NCBI RefSeq assembly: GCF_001194135.2
Contig: NC_069000.1
Span: forward strand, 21,421,501 to 21,471,705
Length of the DNA: 50,205 nt
From: Octopus bimaculoides
Lineage: Eukaryota
Reading direction: 5' to 3'
Position 1 is the first letter of the stretch; every line of letters starts with the position of its first letter. The notes beneath the pieces were generated by a model that did not search any database, had not been told where the DNA came from, and saw only the letters and a program-made list of their open reading frames with translations. The position numbers and the translations under genes were made by a program. Shown one piece after another: positions 36,236 to 50,205 of the stretch.

Positions 36236-36785
36236 TAGAAAGTGAGCCATTAACTATTAGGTGTCTGTTCACGGGTACCACCATGCAGTGAACTGTACCT
36301 CTTTGTGACACAAACTTACACCTAAGTTGTTTACGCTGTTGATAATTAATTGTGCACAGTGAACTCTATCTCACTGAGTTATCTACTTACAGTTAGAAGG
36401 ACAGGGTTATCGACAGCTCAGTATCTTCACCATACACATAATAGAACGCATTATTTCACACTGTGATACAAAATTAAATGGACTGAACTGTGGAAAGATA
36501 AGTATCTTGACTATGGACTAATATCAATACCACCACGCTCTAACCACTGAGTCATGTACCTTCGCACGTACACATATATATACATATCAACATGTTTATA
36601 TGTGACTGTATAGTAAAATGTTTGCGTACCAACCACACGGTCTCAGGTTCAGTCCCACCGCACAACACCTTGGGCAAGCGTCTTCTACTCTAGCCCTGGG
36701 TCAACCAAAGCTTTGTGTGGAGATTTAGTAGACAGAAACTGAAAGAAGGTCATATTGTGCATGTATGTATACACACATATATATA

Positions 36786-38510
36786 CAGGTCGTCATCGGC
36801 TTACGACCACAATTGGTTCCGACGGACAGGTCGTAAGTCGTCCTATAGGCCTACGTAGCTTTGTTTTGTTTTGTTTTTTACATTCTTAAGGTACATTCTC
36901 AGGTAAAAGTCACACACAGCATTCTGTATACTACAACAGTGTTATTTGTTCATAGAAAAGTACCAAAGAATGCAAATACAAGCAATACACAATGTAGTGT
37001 AAGAAACAATTGCAAAGCTTACATAAACATTTATTGTAGACTGGTGCTTGACTATGGATCTTCAATGTCATTTGCTGAGGCAAAAGTTGTAGTAGATGGA
37101 GTTGGTTTTTTGATAAACATGGTAAGCTTTGTCTGAATTGTTTGTTTCTTTTTCTCTTCATAAATTTCGCGGTACAGACGAAACACATCGTGTGCCATCC
37201 GTTCAACCCTTGTAAATCGTTCGATGTTTGGGTCCATTGCTTCAAAGTGTGCAAGAAGTTTATTCGGTTGAAATAAACCTTCTGATAATTCGTTTGTTGT
37301 GAAATTCCATTCTGGCACCTCCTCTTCTTTTTCCACTTCCCTCCTTTCTTCTTCCACGAGTTCTTTTTCTAATACAATAAGCTCTTCATTTGTAAGTTCT
37401 TCGGGTTCTTGGTCTAGCAAATCTTCAATATCTTCCACTTCACACTCCAAAGAAAGGTCTGTAGCCAGTTTTACGATTTTCCCGCGAATCATTTCAAGTT
37501 CACTATTAAATCCATCACGAGTGTCAAAGCATTTTCCAACACATTTTTCCAGACGCTTTTCATGCATTTTCTTTGTCACAGCTTCTTGATACATGTCAGA
37601 ATATTGTACTTTTCCCAAAATTCTCGCAATGATAGTTCTTGATCGGCGGCTATGGCTTAAGCGAAGGTGGTTCGAATATAGTAAGCCTTCAGTGTAGCAA
37701 TCGAACCTTGATCCATTGGCTGGATAAGTGGAGTCGTGTCCGACGGAAAAAAAACACCACTTTCATGTCGGGATGCAGACCCGATAAATGAGATAGATTC
37801 CAGGCGCATTATATAAAAGCAATAAAGTCTTGAAACGAATTCCTCTCTCCAAACAATATCCATGAACTTGAGGAATAAAACAATTCAGTCCTCGTGTCAT
37901 CCATGCTTTAGGCTGAGAACAAAGGTAGACGGGTAATGTGTGCCTATCTATATTCTTGAATGCACACGGGTTTTCTGAGTAGTAAATTAAGGAAGGTTTC
38001 AGCTTGAAGCCTGCGATGTTCCCGCCAAGCAGCAAAGTCAGCCTGTCCTTAAATCCTTTCAATCCAGGCATGGATTTGGTTTCTTTGTTGATGCAAGGGC
38101 GTGATGCCATACGTTTCATCCACATTAAAAATCTGCCTTGCTAGATAGCCTCCATCTGTAATTATTTCGTTCAAATAGCTAATAAGCTAACCAGCTGCTT
38201 TCTCGTTTGCACTCGCCGCTTCTCCAGTTCTTCGAACATTATGAAATTGGAATCTTTCTTTAAATCTTTTGAACCAGCCAGTATTTGCTAAAGATTTTTT
38301 ACTGTATTCTTCGCTGGAACGCTCCTTTAGCGTCTGAAATAGACTTCTGGCCTTCGACTGCACACTAAAAAAACTTAAAGGTGTCCGTTTTGGAATCTGA
38401 TCTTCAATCCAAATTTGTAGCTATTTTTTCCATTTCGTGGATGGGCCCAGTCCACTGCTTTGTTATAACTGTAGATCGCATGGGTGCTGAACCTTTCACA
38501 GCTTCAGAGA
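36786..38510 (-). pseudogene. Tigger1-like (pogo) transposon with a decayed transposase, one TIR and the 5' end missing
   Basis: TA-caggtcgtcatcggcttacgacc TIR; IWIEDQ...GWFKRFKER...GEAASAN, KSMPGLKGFKDRLTLLLGGN...KLKPSLIY and LLLLYNAPG, with stops and frameshifts. Confidence 0.9.
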
Positions 38511-38603
38511 AATTAATATTTTTTTAATGAAATTTTCAGCAAATACACTTCAGATGGTGTAGATTCCGAATCTTTTGTAAAAAAAAGTTTTCTGTGAGTC
38601 AGA

Positions 38604-39070
38604 TTTGTTTCCTCATAACTCTAAGAAAAATAGGTATTTTTTAATGAAATTTTCAACAAATACCTTTCAGAGTGTGTAGATTGCGATTATATCAGAATTT
38701 AATACGAAAAATAAAGGTGGTGGACTCATACACATACAAACTGACACACATCACATATCTACAAAATGAAAGTTGAAATTTTGAAAAAAATTGTGTGGTG
38801 CAACAGTATGTATATGTGCATGTTCACCATTTTTTTTTTTCCATATTAAATTCCATTATAGTCGTAATCCATACAGTCTAAAAAGTATTTGTAGTTATTG
38901 GGAAGCAAAGCTAAATCATGTAAATTTTCCAAAACCCTTCTCTTCATCCTTCGAAAACTTTCTTTTTCCCAACAAAATCTAATATAATCAGAATCTACAC
39001 CATCTGAAGTGTATTTATAGAAAATTTCATTAAAAAATATTCATTTTTCTGGAAGTTATGAGGAAACAAA
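38604..39070. repeat. ~89-bp inverted repeat pair (38604-38692 / 38982-39070) plus a partial third copy at ~38512-38572; MITE-like
   Basis: tttgtttcctcataact...tttaatgaaattttc...gtgtagatt.. is matched by its reverse complement ending ttatgaggaaacaaa. Confidence 0.8.
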
Positions 39071-40521
39071 GTTGGTGGCTGAGCACACTTGTTGTATAGG
39101 TATGCCCAATATTTAACCCTTTAGCATTCTGTCAAATGTAATACATTTTTGTTCAGACTGTTTTGAATTAATTATGCATTATCTTGTAGCTTTGAGGTTT
39201 CAATGATTAGAAAATTTAGGGCCAGATACAGCTGATTTAAATGCTAAAGGGTTAATAGACATATCATTTGTTAGTATCTAATGCTAATGAGAGAATATAC
39301 ACAATGTTTATATGTTTTGAAATTTACAATGGAATTGAAACTAATTCCATCAAAAATTTAAAAGAAAATAGCATCTACAGCCATTTTACTAAGTTATTTT
39401 CACTTCCAGTCACAACATATATGATTTTAAAATTTCTCTCTGCTAAATACTTTATCTCTCTCTCTCTTTCTCTTTCAATTTCTCTTATTTCAACAAACTT
39501 TTTAGCCATGTCATTCCCCTCTTCAGGTCATTAACATTTCTCCCTCTCTCTTTCTTTCTTACTTCCACTAACCACATGACAGTATAATGCATTGGCTATC
39601 TCATTCATTCCCTCTTCCTCCCTCTCTCTCCTTCTCTCACTCTCCCTCTTTGTTTCTCTCATTCTACGTCTCTCTAATAAACTAAAGCATAACATGTGAA
39701 TGAACAAGCAGAATTATAATAGAGATCAATATCAAAACTAATATTCCAAATGCATTTCCTTTACAGTAATAAAACATGTATAATATGAAATAAAAAAATG
39801 CACCAAATGTTCCAGTTTTTGTTTTAATACATATATATGTATACATGCATGCACACATGCATACATACATACACACACACACATATATATATATATGCCG
39901 GTGGCACGTGAAAAAACATTTGAGCGAGGTCGAAGCCAGTGCCACTGGACTGGCTCCTATACAGGTGGCACGTAAAAAACATCATTTTGAGCGTGGCCGT
40001 TGCCAGTACCGCCAGACTGGCCCTCGTGCTGGTGGCACGTAAAAGCACCCACTACACTCTCGGAGTGGTTGGCATTAGGAAAGGCATCCAGCTGTAGAAA
40101 TTCTGCCAGATCAGATTGGAGCCAGGTGCAGCCTTCTGGTTCACCAGTCCTCAGTTAAATCATCCGACCCATGCTAGCATGGAAGGCGGACGTTAAACGA
40201 TGATGATGAGATACTGTCAGTGGATCATATATCCTAGAAAGAAGCACACTCTGAAAGTTAGAGCAGTAATGTATTTACATGAAGTTAAATATATGTCCAG
40301 TCAGAGAGTGACCAATGGTTTCACATCCATAAAGCACATAGCTTTATAGGCAATTTGTCAGACTCAAATGGCCACAGGCATGTAACCTCTCTTCAGACTA
40401 GTTTGAAGAGAGGTTATATGCCCACAGCTACTGGAGTCTGATGAGTTGTCTATAAAGCTAAGTGCTTTAGGGATCTGAAGCTATTGGTCACTCTATGATC
40501 AGAGATATATTTAACTTCATG

Positions 40522-40570
<49 letters not shown>

Positions 40571-43500
40571 CCAGACTAGAACCTGGTGCAGATCTCAGGC
40601 TTGCCAGCTCTAGTCAAACCGTCAAACCCATGCCAGCATGGAAAATGGACAATAAAGGATGATGATGATACACACAAACACAAACACATATATATATTGC
40701 CAAGTGCACAGTGTATCTATTCAGATATATATATGTACCATCTGACCCGTACAACTATGGATCAGTCAGAATTTGCAAAGGCAGACTTTCTATGCCCGGA
40801 TGCCCTTCCTGTCACCAACCCTCACCTGTTTCCAAATAAGGTAATATTTTCATGCTTGTATGATGGTGATGCTACTGTACAACTACTATATGATGTCCAT
40901 ACAATATACCACATACACACACGACAGGCTTCTTTCAGTTTCCATCTACATGCATATTTTTTTTTTATTATTAATATTAATTGGCAGAAGTTACAGAGTG
41001 ACTCAAGGGCCAAGAGTTTCATTCATTGGTATTTATCAAAAGGAGTCTTTTACTTGTTTCAGTCATTTGACAGCAGCCATGATAGAGCACTGCCTTGAAG
41101 GGTTTTTAACCGAAGAAATCAACCCAGGACTTATTCTTTGTAAGTCCAGCTAAACTGTTAAGTTACAGGAACAAACACAGACACACACATATACATATAT
41201 GACGGGATTGTTTCAGTTTCCATCTACCAAATCCACTCACAATAATTTTGTCAGCCTGAGGTTATAGCAGAAGACACTTGCCCAAGGTGCCACACAGTGG
41301 GACTGAACCCGGAATCATGTGGTTGGGAAGCAAGCTTCTTACCACATTAGGATCACTCAGTCGGTTTCGATGATGAAGGTCCCAGCTGATACGATAAACG
41401 GAACAGCTTACTCGTGAAATTAACGTGCAAGTGGCTGAGCACTCCAGAGACACGTGTACCCTTAACGTAGTTCTCGGGGAGATTCAGTGTAACAAAGTGT
41501 GACAAGGCTGGCCCTTTGAACTACAGGTACTACTCATTTTTGGCAGCTGAATGAACTGGAGCAACGTGAAATAAAGTGTCTTGCTCAAGGACACAACGTG
41601 TCGCTATTTTCCTGTTTGCCTTACATGTAGTTTGATAAATAGATAGACAAACGCAGACATATTCCAACTTTTATATGTTTCAGTCATTGGACTACGGTCG
41701 AACAAATCGACACCAGTACTTATTCTATCGGTCTCTTTTATCGAATCACTAACTTACAGAGACGTAAACAAATCAACACCGGTTATCAAACGGTGGAAAC
41801 AAATTCAAACACAAAAACACACAGACAGATAGATAGATAGTTAGATAGATAAGAGGGCTTCCATACGGTTTCTTTTTACTAATTTCATTCACAATGCACT
41901 TGTCGGTCCGGGGCCATAGTAGAAAACACTTATCCAAGGTGCCACGTAGTTGCAAAGCGAACTTCTTAACCACACAGCCATGCCTGCGGTTTAACACGCG
42001 CGTGCGTGTGTGCATAAAGCACATGTATTTGTATTATTGTTAGTTTCGAAATTGAAAACACTCAGAAGTTTCGCAGGGATTCCGAGTCAACACTTGTCAA
42101 ACTTGACCTAACTCCTACGCAACTGACATCTTTATGATATAAAACGTGTTTATTTGACTTGAGTTCTCGTATTGTGTTCTATAAGAAAATATTTCATTAT
42201 TCTATAATATATATCCACACATTACATAAAAAAAATTAAAAATACAAAATTCGACATTGCGATGTAGCTAACTTTAGATATCCGTTAAAAGTACATTATC
42301 TCCGAAAACAAACACACGCAATTATTTTTATTTGACTAATTGTATGTTGTAAGTCATCAACAACGAGAGGACCCATACTGACGTGGTCGTTCGATTTGCT
42401 AGAAACAGTAGCTAAATCTCCCTCGAATTACATCCGACCGTCTTATAAAAGACATTAATAATGCAGTCCCACGTACCCCGCCAAAAAAAATTATAATGGG
42501 ATGATCATGGCAGAACTCTCTCCTTGGTTAAGAATTTTATAGGGCTAAACAAGAGCAGCAGATGAACTTCACATAAAAGAAAATACAATAGATCCGAGCG
42601 ATCACAAAAGTTCGTATCATCTTTAGTATTTGCAAACGAACAAAGGGAATCTGTAAGCTATCGCTTCATCTGCTAGAAATAACAGTCACATTTCCCTCAA
42701 ATCACATCCTAGCATTTGAAAAATAGTGTGGAAGGACATATTAAACAATGAAGTCCAAAATATACTCAAAACATAAATAGTCAACACTGGTGCATTTTTT
42801 TAGTCATAGAGCTGCTCGATGAAGAATCTTCTAGGGTTACGCAATATACAACAATTATGATTATTGTTCTTATGGGGAATATTGGGGATGTGGAGCTCTA
42901 GTTTTGGTTTTCGTGATGTAGTATGGCTGAAAAATTAATTAACAATGTCCCTTACTGCCACCACTGTAATAAAGGTGAGATACTTTAAATAACTTCTTCA
43001 AAACACACGCGCGCACACACATATATCTGAAATATTCACTATGTTCTCCTCATAGTTTCGTGTTGTTACTTTGTATGTATGTATGTGTGTGTGTGTATGT
43101 ACGCGCGCGAGTATGTGCAATGTATATGTCTGTGTGTTCGTGTACTTAAACTTTATTTGTACCAACCTGTTGTTATGTTTCGTTTCACAGCTACTGCCAC
43201 AGGGCGATCTGCACTCTTGTCCATGACGTTTTAGTCTGTTTCTGTATTCTGTAGTTTACTATTTCCACCGCACAACTCTTTAAGTTGGAAGTTGAATGAG
43301 TAATAAGATATATAAACAACAGTGAGTGAGAAGAGAGTAATGGGAGGGAAGGGGGTGCAGAAGTAAAAGAAGACTGAAAAACAACTGTGGAAACTTGACT
43401 AAAAATTAAGGGAGGGAATCGAGAAGTATGTTTTTTGTCTGTAAGTTATTTCCCTTGCAATTTTTCTTTACATTTTCCAAGATCCTAATGATTTTGATTT

Positions 43501-44397
43501 CGTTGACATCGGATCATCCCTTCAGATGTCGGTAAAATAAAATACCAGTGAAATATTGAGGACAATTTATATTCCTGTAATGTATACTAAATGCGAATGG
43601 AATTATAATAGAAAACGAAATATACAGAGATGGCGAACTGACAAGGAAGCGTCTATACCGTCTCTCGGCTTCCAAAATAATTATGAAAATTATATAGAGC
43701 TCCTCTCCCTTTAAAAGAAGAAGGATAATTTTGTCCTTCTGTTGAACCACGACTCTCGTAAATGTAATTGTACGTAGGACATATTTCCAAGCAGCTTATT
43801 CTACCAAATTTCTTCACAAGGTATTGGTTAATGCGAAATTTTGATAAAAAACATTTGCCCAAGATGCAGCATTTTAGGATACAACGTGATTGTGAAGCGG
43901 GGTTTTAACTACGCAGCTGTATGGGATCCTCATGTAGTTGGTCTGAATAAAAGATAAAACAGTTCTAGATCTGTCTGATCATGGCTAACATGGAGCTCAA
44001 ATCAGCGAACTAAATAGAGATGGTGAGCGAACGAGCGGACAATCTACGCGTTTAGTCGACCTGCTAGAAATAGCAAGTGGATCTCTCATTGAAATAATTC
44101 TTTTAAAAAAAAAGGACACATTGCAAAATATATTCCTGCGTAGACTGTCTAGGTTGAGGTATTGAGGACGAATTAGTTACGGTTGGAACAGTTTTGATTT
44201 TAGATCTCAAACAGGGTGGCCTGAAGCTAAAGAATGAAGATTGTATTATTTGATTTCTTATCTTATGTAAACTTTTTCTTTTCGCCATTTTTAAGAGGAT
44301 GAGTTGATTCCAAATTCTTGCTAATCAAACATAACAAAACAAGTAAACGTAAACAAACGGGTGTTGCTATTTGATGGTTAAATGATTAAGACGAAAG

Positions 44398-47165
44398 TAC
44401 TTCAGTGGGAACGTTCGCTGGATAAATAGGTATGTTGTAGAGTCTTACATATATGCATATGCTGGAGTTCTGCGATGCAAATGATCTTACGGTTTGTAAT
44501 ACTGACTTCAGGAAACCTGCCAGTTACCTATTCACTCACCTATCTGGTAGACACACAAGTCAAATTGACTACATCCTCGCCAGGAAACGAGAAAGATGGC
44601 TACTTATAAATGCCAAAACCTTCCCAGGTGAAGAATGCATCCCACAACATAGATTAGTAGTTAGTGACTTCAGGATCAGGGCTATATGGATGCCCAGAAG
44701 ACGACCAGCATGGAGGAGAAGGGTCTGGAAGCTTAAGAATTCTCTGAATGGACAGAGATTTAGAGACATTTTACTCAAAGCTTTTGACGAAATAAAGAGG
44801 GATATAGCACCACATGATGTGGAAGACAACTGGAGGTTTCTATGAGACAACTTGTTGAGGGCCACTGACCAGATCTGTGACTGGTGCAAAGTCCCTTCTC
44901 GACCCAAGGTAACGTGGTGGTGGAACAATGTAGTTGACAGGGACATTAGGGAAAAGAGACAGGCATGGAAACACTGGAAGAACAGTGGTAGCAAGGAATT
45001 GTATCAGACTGCCAGAAGGGAAGCTAGGAGACAGGTTTATTTAGCCAGAGGGGAAGCAGATAAGAAAAATTTTGCTAATGTTATACATCACGAGGACCAA
45101 AGACTTGAGGTGTTTCGTGTTGAAAGACAGTGCATTAGAGAGAATCATGATGTCATAGGAGAGAAATGTGTTCGCATGGATGACGGCTCACTTGCATTTA
45201 ATGAGGCTGCAAGTAGAGAGACGCCACTATGAAAGGTTGCTAAATGAAGAGAATGAATGGGAGAAAGAGAGTCTGCCGAATGTCAACCCAACAGAGAGAC
45301 CAGCTATCCGAATTGACAGTACCTTGATAGATAAGGGTATGAAGACAGGGAAAGCCCCCGACCCATCAGGAATCACTGCAGAGATGCTTAAAATATCTGG
45401 CAGTGTGGCTATGGTCTAGTCACCCATATAGTCAACCAGGTGATACATGGAGTCATACCCAATGACTGGTGTAGCAGCACCATAGTCAACTCCTACAAAG
45501 GTAAAGATGACGCTTTAGATACAAATAATTGCAGAGGTATTGAGTTGTTGGATCAGGTAATGAAAGTCATGGAGAGGGTCATAGCCCAACTAATTAGGGA
45601 GAGAATCAGTTTAGATGAGATGCAGTTTGGGTTTGTGCCAGGGAAAAGCACCACTGATGCTATATTTCTGGGAAGCCAGCTGCAGGGGAGTACCTAGCCA
45701 AAGATAAACCTCTGTACCTGGCTTTTGTTGACATGGAGAAAGTCTTTGACAGGGTCTCCCAATCCCTTATCTGGTGGTCAATGAGGAAACTAGGGTTAGA
45801 TGAATGGTTAGTGAGAGCTGTACAAGCCATGTACAGGGATGCTGTCAGTAAGGGAACAAGTACAGTGAAGAATTCCAGGTAGGGGAATTCATCATAGTCC
45901 TCCAGGCAATAACAGAGGAATTCAAGACAGAATGCCCATGGGAGCTTCTCTATGCTGATGACCTTGCTCTAATAGTTGAATCCCTATCAGAACTAGAGAA
46001 GTTTCAGGTGTGGAAGCAAGGACTAGAATCGAAGGGCCTTAGAGTTAACCTAGCAAAAACCAAAGTCTTAATAAGTAGAAAGGCAGACAAACTGCAAATC
46101 CCTTCAGGAAGATGGCCCTGCTCAATCTGTTGAAAAGGTGTAGGTAGAAACTCCATAAGATGTACCCAGTGTAAGCTATGAACACATAAGAGGTGCAGCA
46201 ATATCAAAGGAAGGCTAACTGGGAAGATATTTTTTGTGTGTGGCAAATGCTCAGGAGCAATAGACACTGAAAATGTGCAGAGAACAGCTTCTGTCACATT
46301 CCAGGGGGAAAATCTAGAAGTAGTTGATAGCTTCCGCTACCTAGGTGACCAAGTCAGTAGCAGGGGTGGGTGCTCTGTAAGTGTAGCTGCTAAAATAAGA
46401 ATAGCCTGGGCAAAATTCAGAGAACTCCTACCTCTGCTAGTGACAAGGGGCCTCTCGCTCAGAGTAAAAGGTAGACTGTATGACACATGAGTGCGAACAA
46501 CCATGCTACATGGCAGTGAAACATGGCCCATGACTGATGAGGACATGCGTAAGCTTGCAAGGAATGAAGCTAGTATGCTCCGATGGATGTGTAATGTCAG
46601 TGTGTATACTCGACAGAGTGTAAGCACCCTGAGAGAAAAGTTGGACTTAAGAAGCATTAGATGTGGTGTGCAAGAGAGACGACTGTGCTGGTATGGTCAC
46701 GTGTTGTGAATGGATGAGGACAGCTGTGTGGAAAAGTGTCGCACCCTAACAGTTGAGGGAACTTGTGGAAGAGGTAGACTCAGGAGGACCTGGTGAAGGA
46801 CAGCCTTTGAACATTGGACCTTACTGAGGCAATGACAAGTGACCAAGACCTTTGGAGATATGCTGTGATTGAGAAGTCCTGGCAAGCCAAGTGAGACCAT
46901 AAGTGTGGTTTAAGCCAGTGCCGCATAACCAGACCATTTAAGAGTACCCTTCAATCATTGGATAATAAACTACGCTTGTGAAGAACTGTTGAGGCAAGTG
47001 AAATTGTTGTCATAGCCGATGACAGTACCACCTGATTGGCACCCGTGCCAGTGGAACATTAAAAGCACCATTCAAGCGTGATCATTGCCAGGGCCACTGA
47101 CTGGCTCCTGTGCCGGTGGCACATAAAAGCACCCACTACACTCTCGGAGTGGTTGATGTTAGGAA
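44398..47165 (+). pseudogene. Longest RTE-clade LINE copy: APE endonuclease (5'-truncated), RT, PHD-like finger, C-terminus and partial 3' UTR; inactivated
   Basis: LEFCDANDL...SQIDYIL...QHRLVVSDF (APE); GKAPDPSG, MQFGFVPGKSTTDAIF, FVDMEKVFDR and LLYADDL (RT); multiple stops and frameshifts. Confidence 0.95.
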
Positions 47166-47817
47166 GCTCCAATACGAACATTTCAGAGTGTTTGGGTGTC
47201 AATCTAAGGACATGTACTGAGAGTGATACTATTCAAACATCCAGTCAACATCATGGTGTTTGGAGGGATCATTAGTGATGGCAATATTATGCTTCCATTC
47301 ATCTTCCCACATGGCCTTCGACTAAACATGGAAACCTACATCGAGTGCCTGGAGGAGGTAGTGCTGTCCTGGGTCAAGAGGGTGACTGTGGAAAGACCCT
47401 ATGTCTGGCAACAGGACTCTTCATCATGCCACATAAGCAAGAGAACCCAGTCATGGCTGTTAGACAATTTCTGTGACCACATCACAGCTAACATCTGACC
47501 ACCTAACTCCCCAGACTGCAACCCCCTTGATTATTATGTGTGGGGCGCAGTTGAGTGAGAGGCCAACAAAACTCCTTGTAACACCAAACATACACTGAAG
47601 GCAAGGATTATGGCAGCATTCACCAACTTAAACAAGGAGGCCATCCAGAAGAGTTGCAGGAAATTCCGAAGTCGTCTGGAGGTCATGGTTGAATAAATTT
47701 ACTCTAGTATTTCATGATATTTTTATGTAATTTTGGTAAATATATCTGTTAAAATGAGATGTCAGAGTTATTTTCATTTTTGTGTAATTTAGGCAACAGT
47801 TTATTCACCACGCCCTG
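47163..47817 (+). mobile_element. Second copy of the internally deleted DD37D (maT) element, truncating the LINE 3' UTR
   Basis: WQQD, then 37 aa, then D (..PPNSPDCNPLDYYVWG) after frame restoration; 3' TIR ttattcaccacgccctg-TA. A further 3' fragment lies at ~47965-48202. Confidence 0.85.
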
Positions 47818-48326
47818 TATAAGTGCATGTGTGTATGCCTTTGTGTCTATGTTTGTCCCACCATCACTGCTTGACAACTGGTGCTGGTGTGTTTATGTCC
47901 CCATAACCTAGCAGTTCAGCAAAAGTAACTGATAGAATAAGTACTAAGCTTTAAAAAAATGTCAATCCAGGCTTATGGCAGCATTCACCACCTTAAATAA
48001 GGAGACTGTCCAGAAAAGCTGCAGGAGATTCCAAAGTCATTTGGAGTCCATGGTTGAAACCAATGACAATTTTATTGAATAAATTTACTCTTTAGTATTT
48101 CAAGATATTTTTATGTAATTTTGGTAAATATATCTGTTAAAATGAGATGTCAGTGTTATTTTCATTTTTGCATAATTTAGACAGTTTATTCACCGCACAC
48201 TGTATATNNNNNNNNNNNNNNNNNNNNNNNNNNNNNNNNNNNNNNNNNNNNNNNNNNNNNNNNNNNNNNNNNNNNNNNNNNNNNNNNNNNNNNNNNNNNN
48301 NNNNNNNNNNNNNNNNNNNNNNNNNN

Positions 48327-48359
<33 letters not shown>

Positions 48360-49872
48360 TATGAAGGAGATGACAGAGAGCCAAGATATATGGAGTGTTG
48401 CTGTACTCAAGAAGACCTGCCCACCACAACAGAATTGTGAGCCTTAAACCAAGGTACCATATAAAATGTCCTGGTGTGCCTACTGGTTCCACATAAAAAG
48501 CACCAAGTATACTCTGTAGAGTGGTTGGAATTAGGATGGGCATCCAGCCATAGAAACCAAACAGACTATGGAATCTGATGCAGCCTCTGACCTTGTCCGG
48601 TTCCTATCAAGCTATGCAACCCATGCCAGCATGGAAAAACAGATGTTAAATGTGGATGAGGATAATCACATACACACACACATGCGTGCGTGCGCATGCA
48701 CACACACTCACACACACACATGTGTGTAAGTAACTAGGTATACACTATACACACACATAATTATACATAAGCTTGATGTCTTTCTGCAACTTGCGATACC
48801 GAATTCCATTCACAAAATATTGAACAAACCTAGGAATACGAGTAGAAAATATTTACCCAAGGTACCACACAGCAGGATTGAATCTAGAATGACAAGCTGT
48901 GAAGAAAATTTTCTTTAGAACAGTGCTCTGCATGCAGGTATGTGGATGTATGTGTGTGTGTAATGTGTGTGTGTGTAATGTGTGTGTGTGGACAAATCTC
49001 AAACAACAAAAAAGAAAGAAAAATGAAGAAACAGAAATACCAAGCAAATCATAAAACTTTATCTTATCTTAGAAACCAACTAGCAAACATTAGTCTAAAT
49101 TCTACTAAATTAGCAATTGTAGCCATGATAAAACCATAAATAGGCATACAGTACTGAATCTGAATACTACTGCCCTGCCATCTATTAGTAATTTATTTTA
49201 ATGTGGAATAGCTTTCACCATCAATCAGCATCAGTGAAGTAAATTGTAGGAAGGATAATATAGGTTTGTTTGGAAGGTGGAAGTGAGGTGGGGAAAAACT
49301 AAGTGTTTGTGGGTTAGTGAGTTGGTGGAGAGAAGAGGTTAAATGGATGGAGGTGAAGATAGTAGGAAGAAAGAACCAGAGAGCAAAGCGGTGAGGAGGG
49401 ATTGGAAGAAGAGAAGAATGAGAAAGAAGGAAGAGAGCACATGGGCATTAAAGAATAATGATGATGATGATGATAATAATCCTTTCTAATTTTGGCACAA
49501 GGCCAGCAGTTTTGAGGGGAGGGGATAATCAATTACACTGATCCCAGTACTTGATGATACTTTATTTTATCGATCCCAAAAGGATGAAGGCAAGGTTGCC
49601 CTCAGTAGAATTTGAGCTAAGAACATAATGAGTAAAAGAAATGCTACAAAGCATTTTGCCCAGCATGCTAATGATTCTGCCAGCTTGTCAATAATCCTTT
49701 CAGTTATAGGTACAAGGCCTGAAATCTTGAGGAAGGAGCATGTCAATTACATTGACCCCAGTACCCAACTGGTTCTTATTTTAATCAACCCTGAAAGGAT
49801 GGAAGGCAAATTCAACCTCAGAATGTAATGAGTTGAAAGAAATACCACTAATCCTTTTGTCAAATTCTGCCC

Positions 49873-49901
<29 letters not shown>

Positions 49902-49904
<3 letters not shown>

Positions 49905-50193
49905 GAGGTAACTCGAATGTGGAATCTAAAAACAGAAACAATTCCTATCATAGCAGGTGCCTTAGGTATAATAAAAAAATATTCAGACAAATACATAACA
50001 AAAACACCAGGACTTACAAATATATATAACATACAGAAAATTGCACTACTGGGCACTGCACACATCCTACGCAAAACACTTTCAATACAGTAACCATAAG
50101 AGCACCACAGCAAACCACAGCACATACCCAAGGCACACAGAGCTGCGCTCAGTAGTGAAGTGAAAGCACGTTATAAAAATAAAACTACTGAAC
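49902..50193 (+). mobile_element. 5'-truncated R4/Dong-like RLE LINE 3' end inside an (AAT)n tract
   Basis: IEVTRMWNLKTETIPIIAGALGIIKK...IQKIALLGTAHILRKTLSIQ* (stop 50091-50093) is an R4-clade C-terminal motif. (AAT)n flanks it at 49873-49900 and 50194-50205. Confidence 0.8.
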
Positions 50194-50205
50194 AATAATA
50201 ATAAT

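Noticed and set aside
43500-44330. Minus-strand ORFs faintly resembling RT motifs
   Set aside because: Similarity is only impressionistic; probably an ancient LINE relic, with no splice signals.

Overview
AT-rich, repeat-dominated animal genomic DNA with eight N-gaps, most next to microsatellites. The repeat families, recognised from memory, suggest an octopod cephalopod (Octopus-like); this is an inference. No complete protein-coding gene is visible, and most long ORFs in the track are artefacts of microsatellites or N-runs. One well-supported internal coding exon of an unrecognised protein lies on the minus strand (13457-13667), with a few weaker exon candidates elsewhere. The rest is decayed transposable elements: an abundant RTE-clade LINE with a PHD-type finger and a 3' UTR of ~66-bp palindromic units, a BovB-like RTE, CRE-like and R4/Dong-like restriction-endonuclease LINE fragments, DD37D (maT), mariner and Tigger/pogo DNA transposons, piggyBac-, hAT- and Tigger-type MITEs, and several tRNA-derived SINE families. 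The least explained signals are: a tRNA-Thr(CGT)-like cloverleaf on top of a 29-bp hairpin, with T5 runs on both strands and a duplicated upstream TATA/MEF2-like motif (10.3-11.1 kb); a tRNA-headed SINE with a hammerhead-ribozyme-like tail (309-541); and nested long inverted repeats at 16.6-22.1 kb. Coordinates of decayed elements are approximate.
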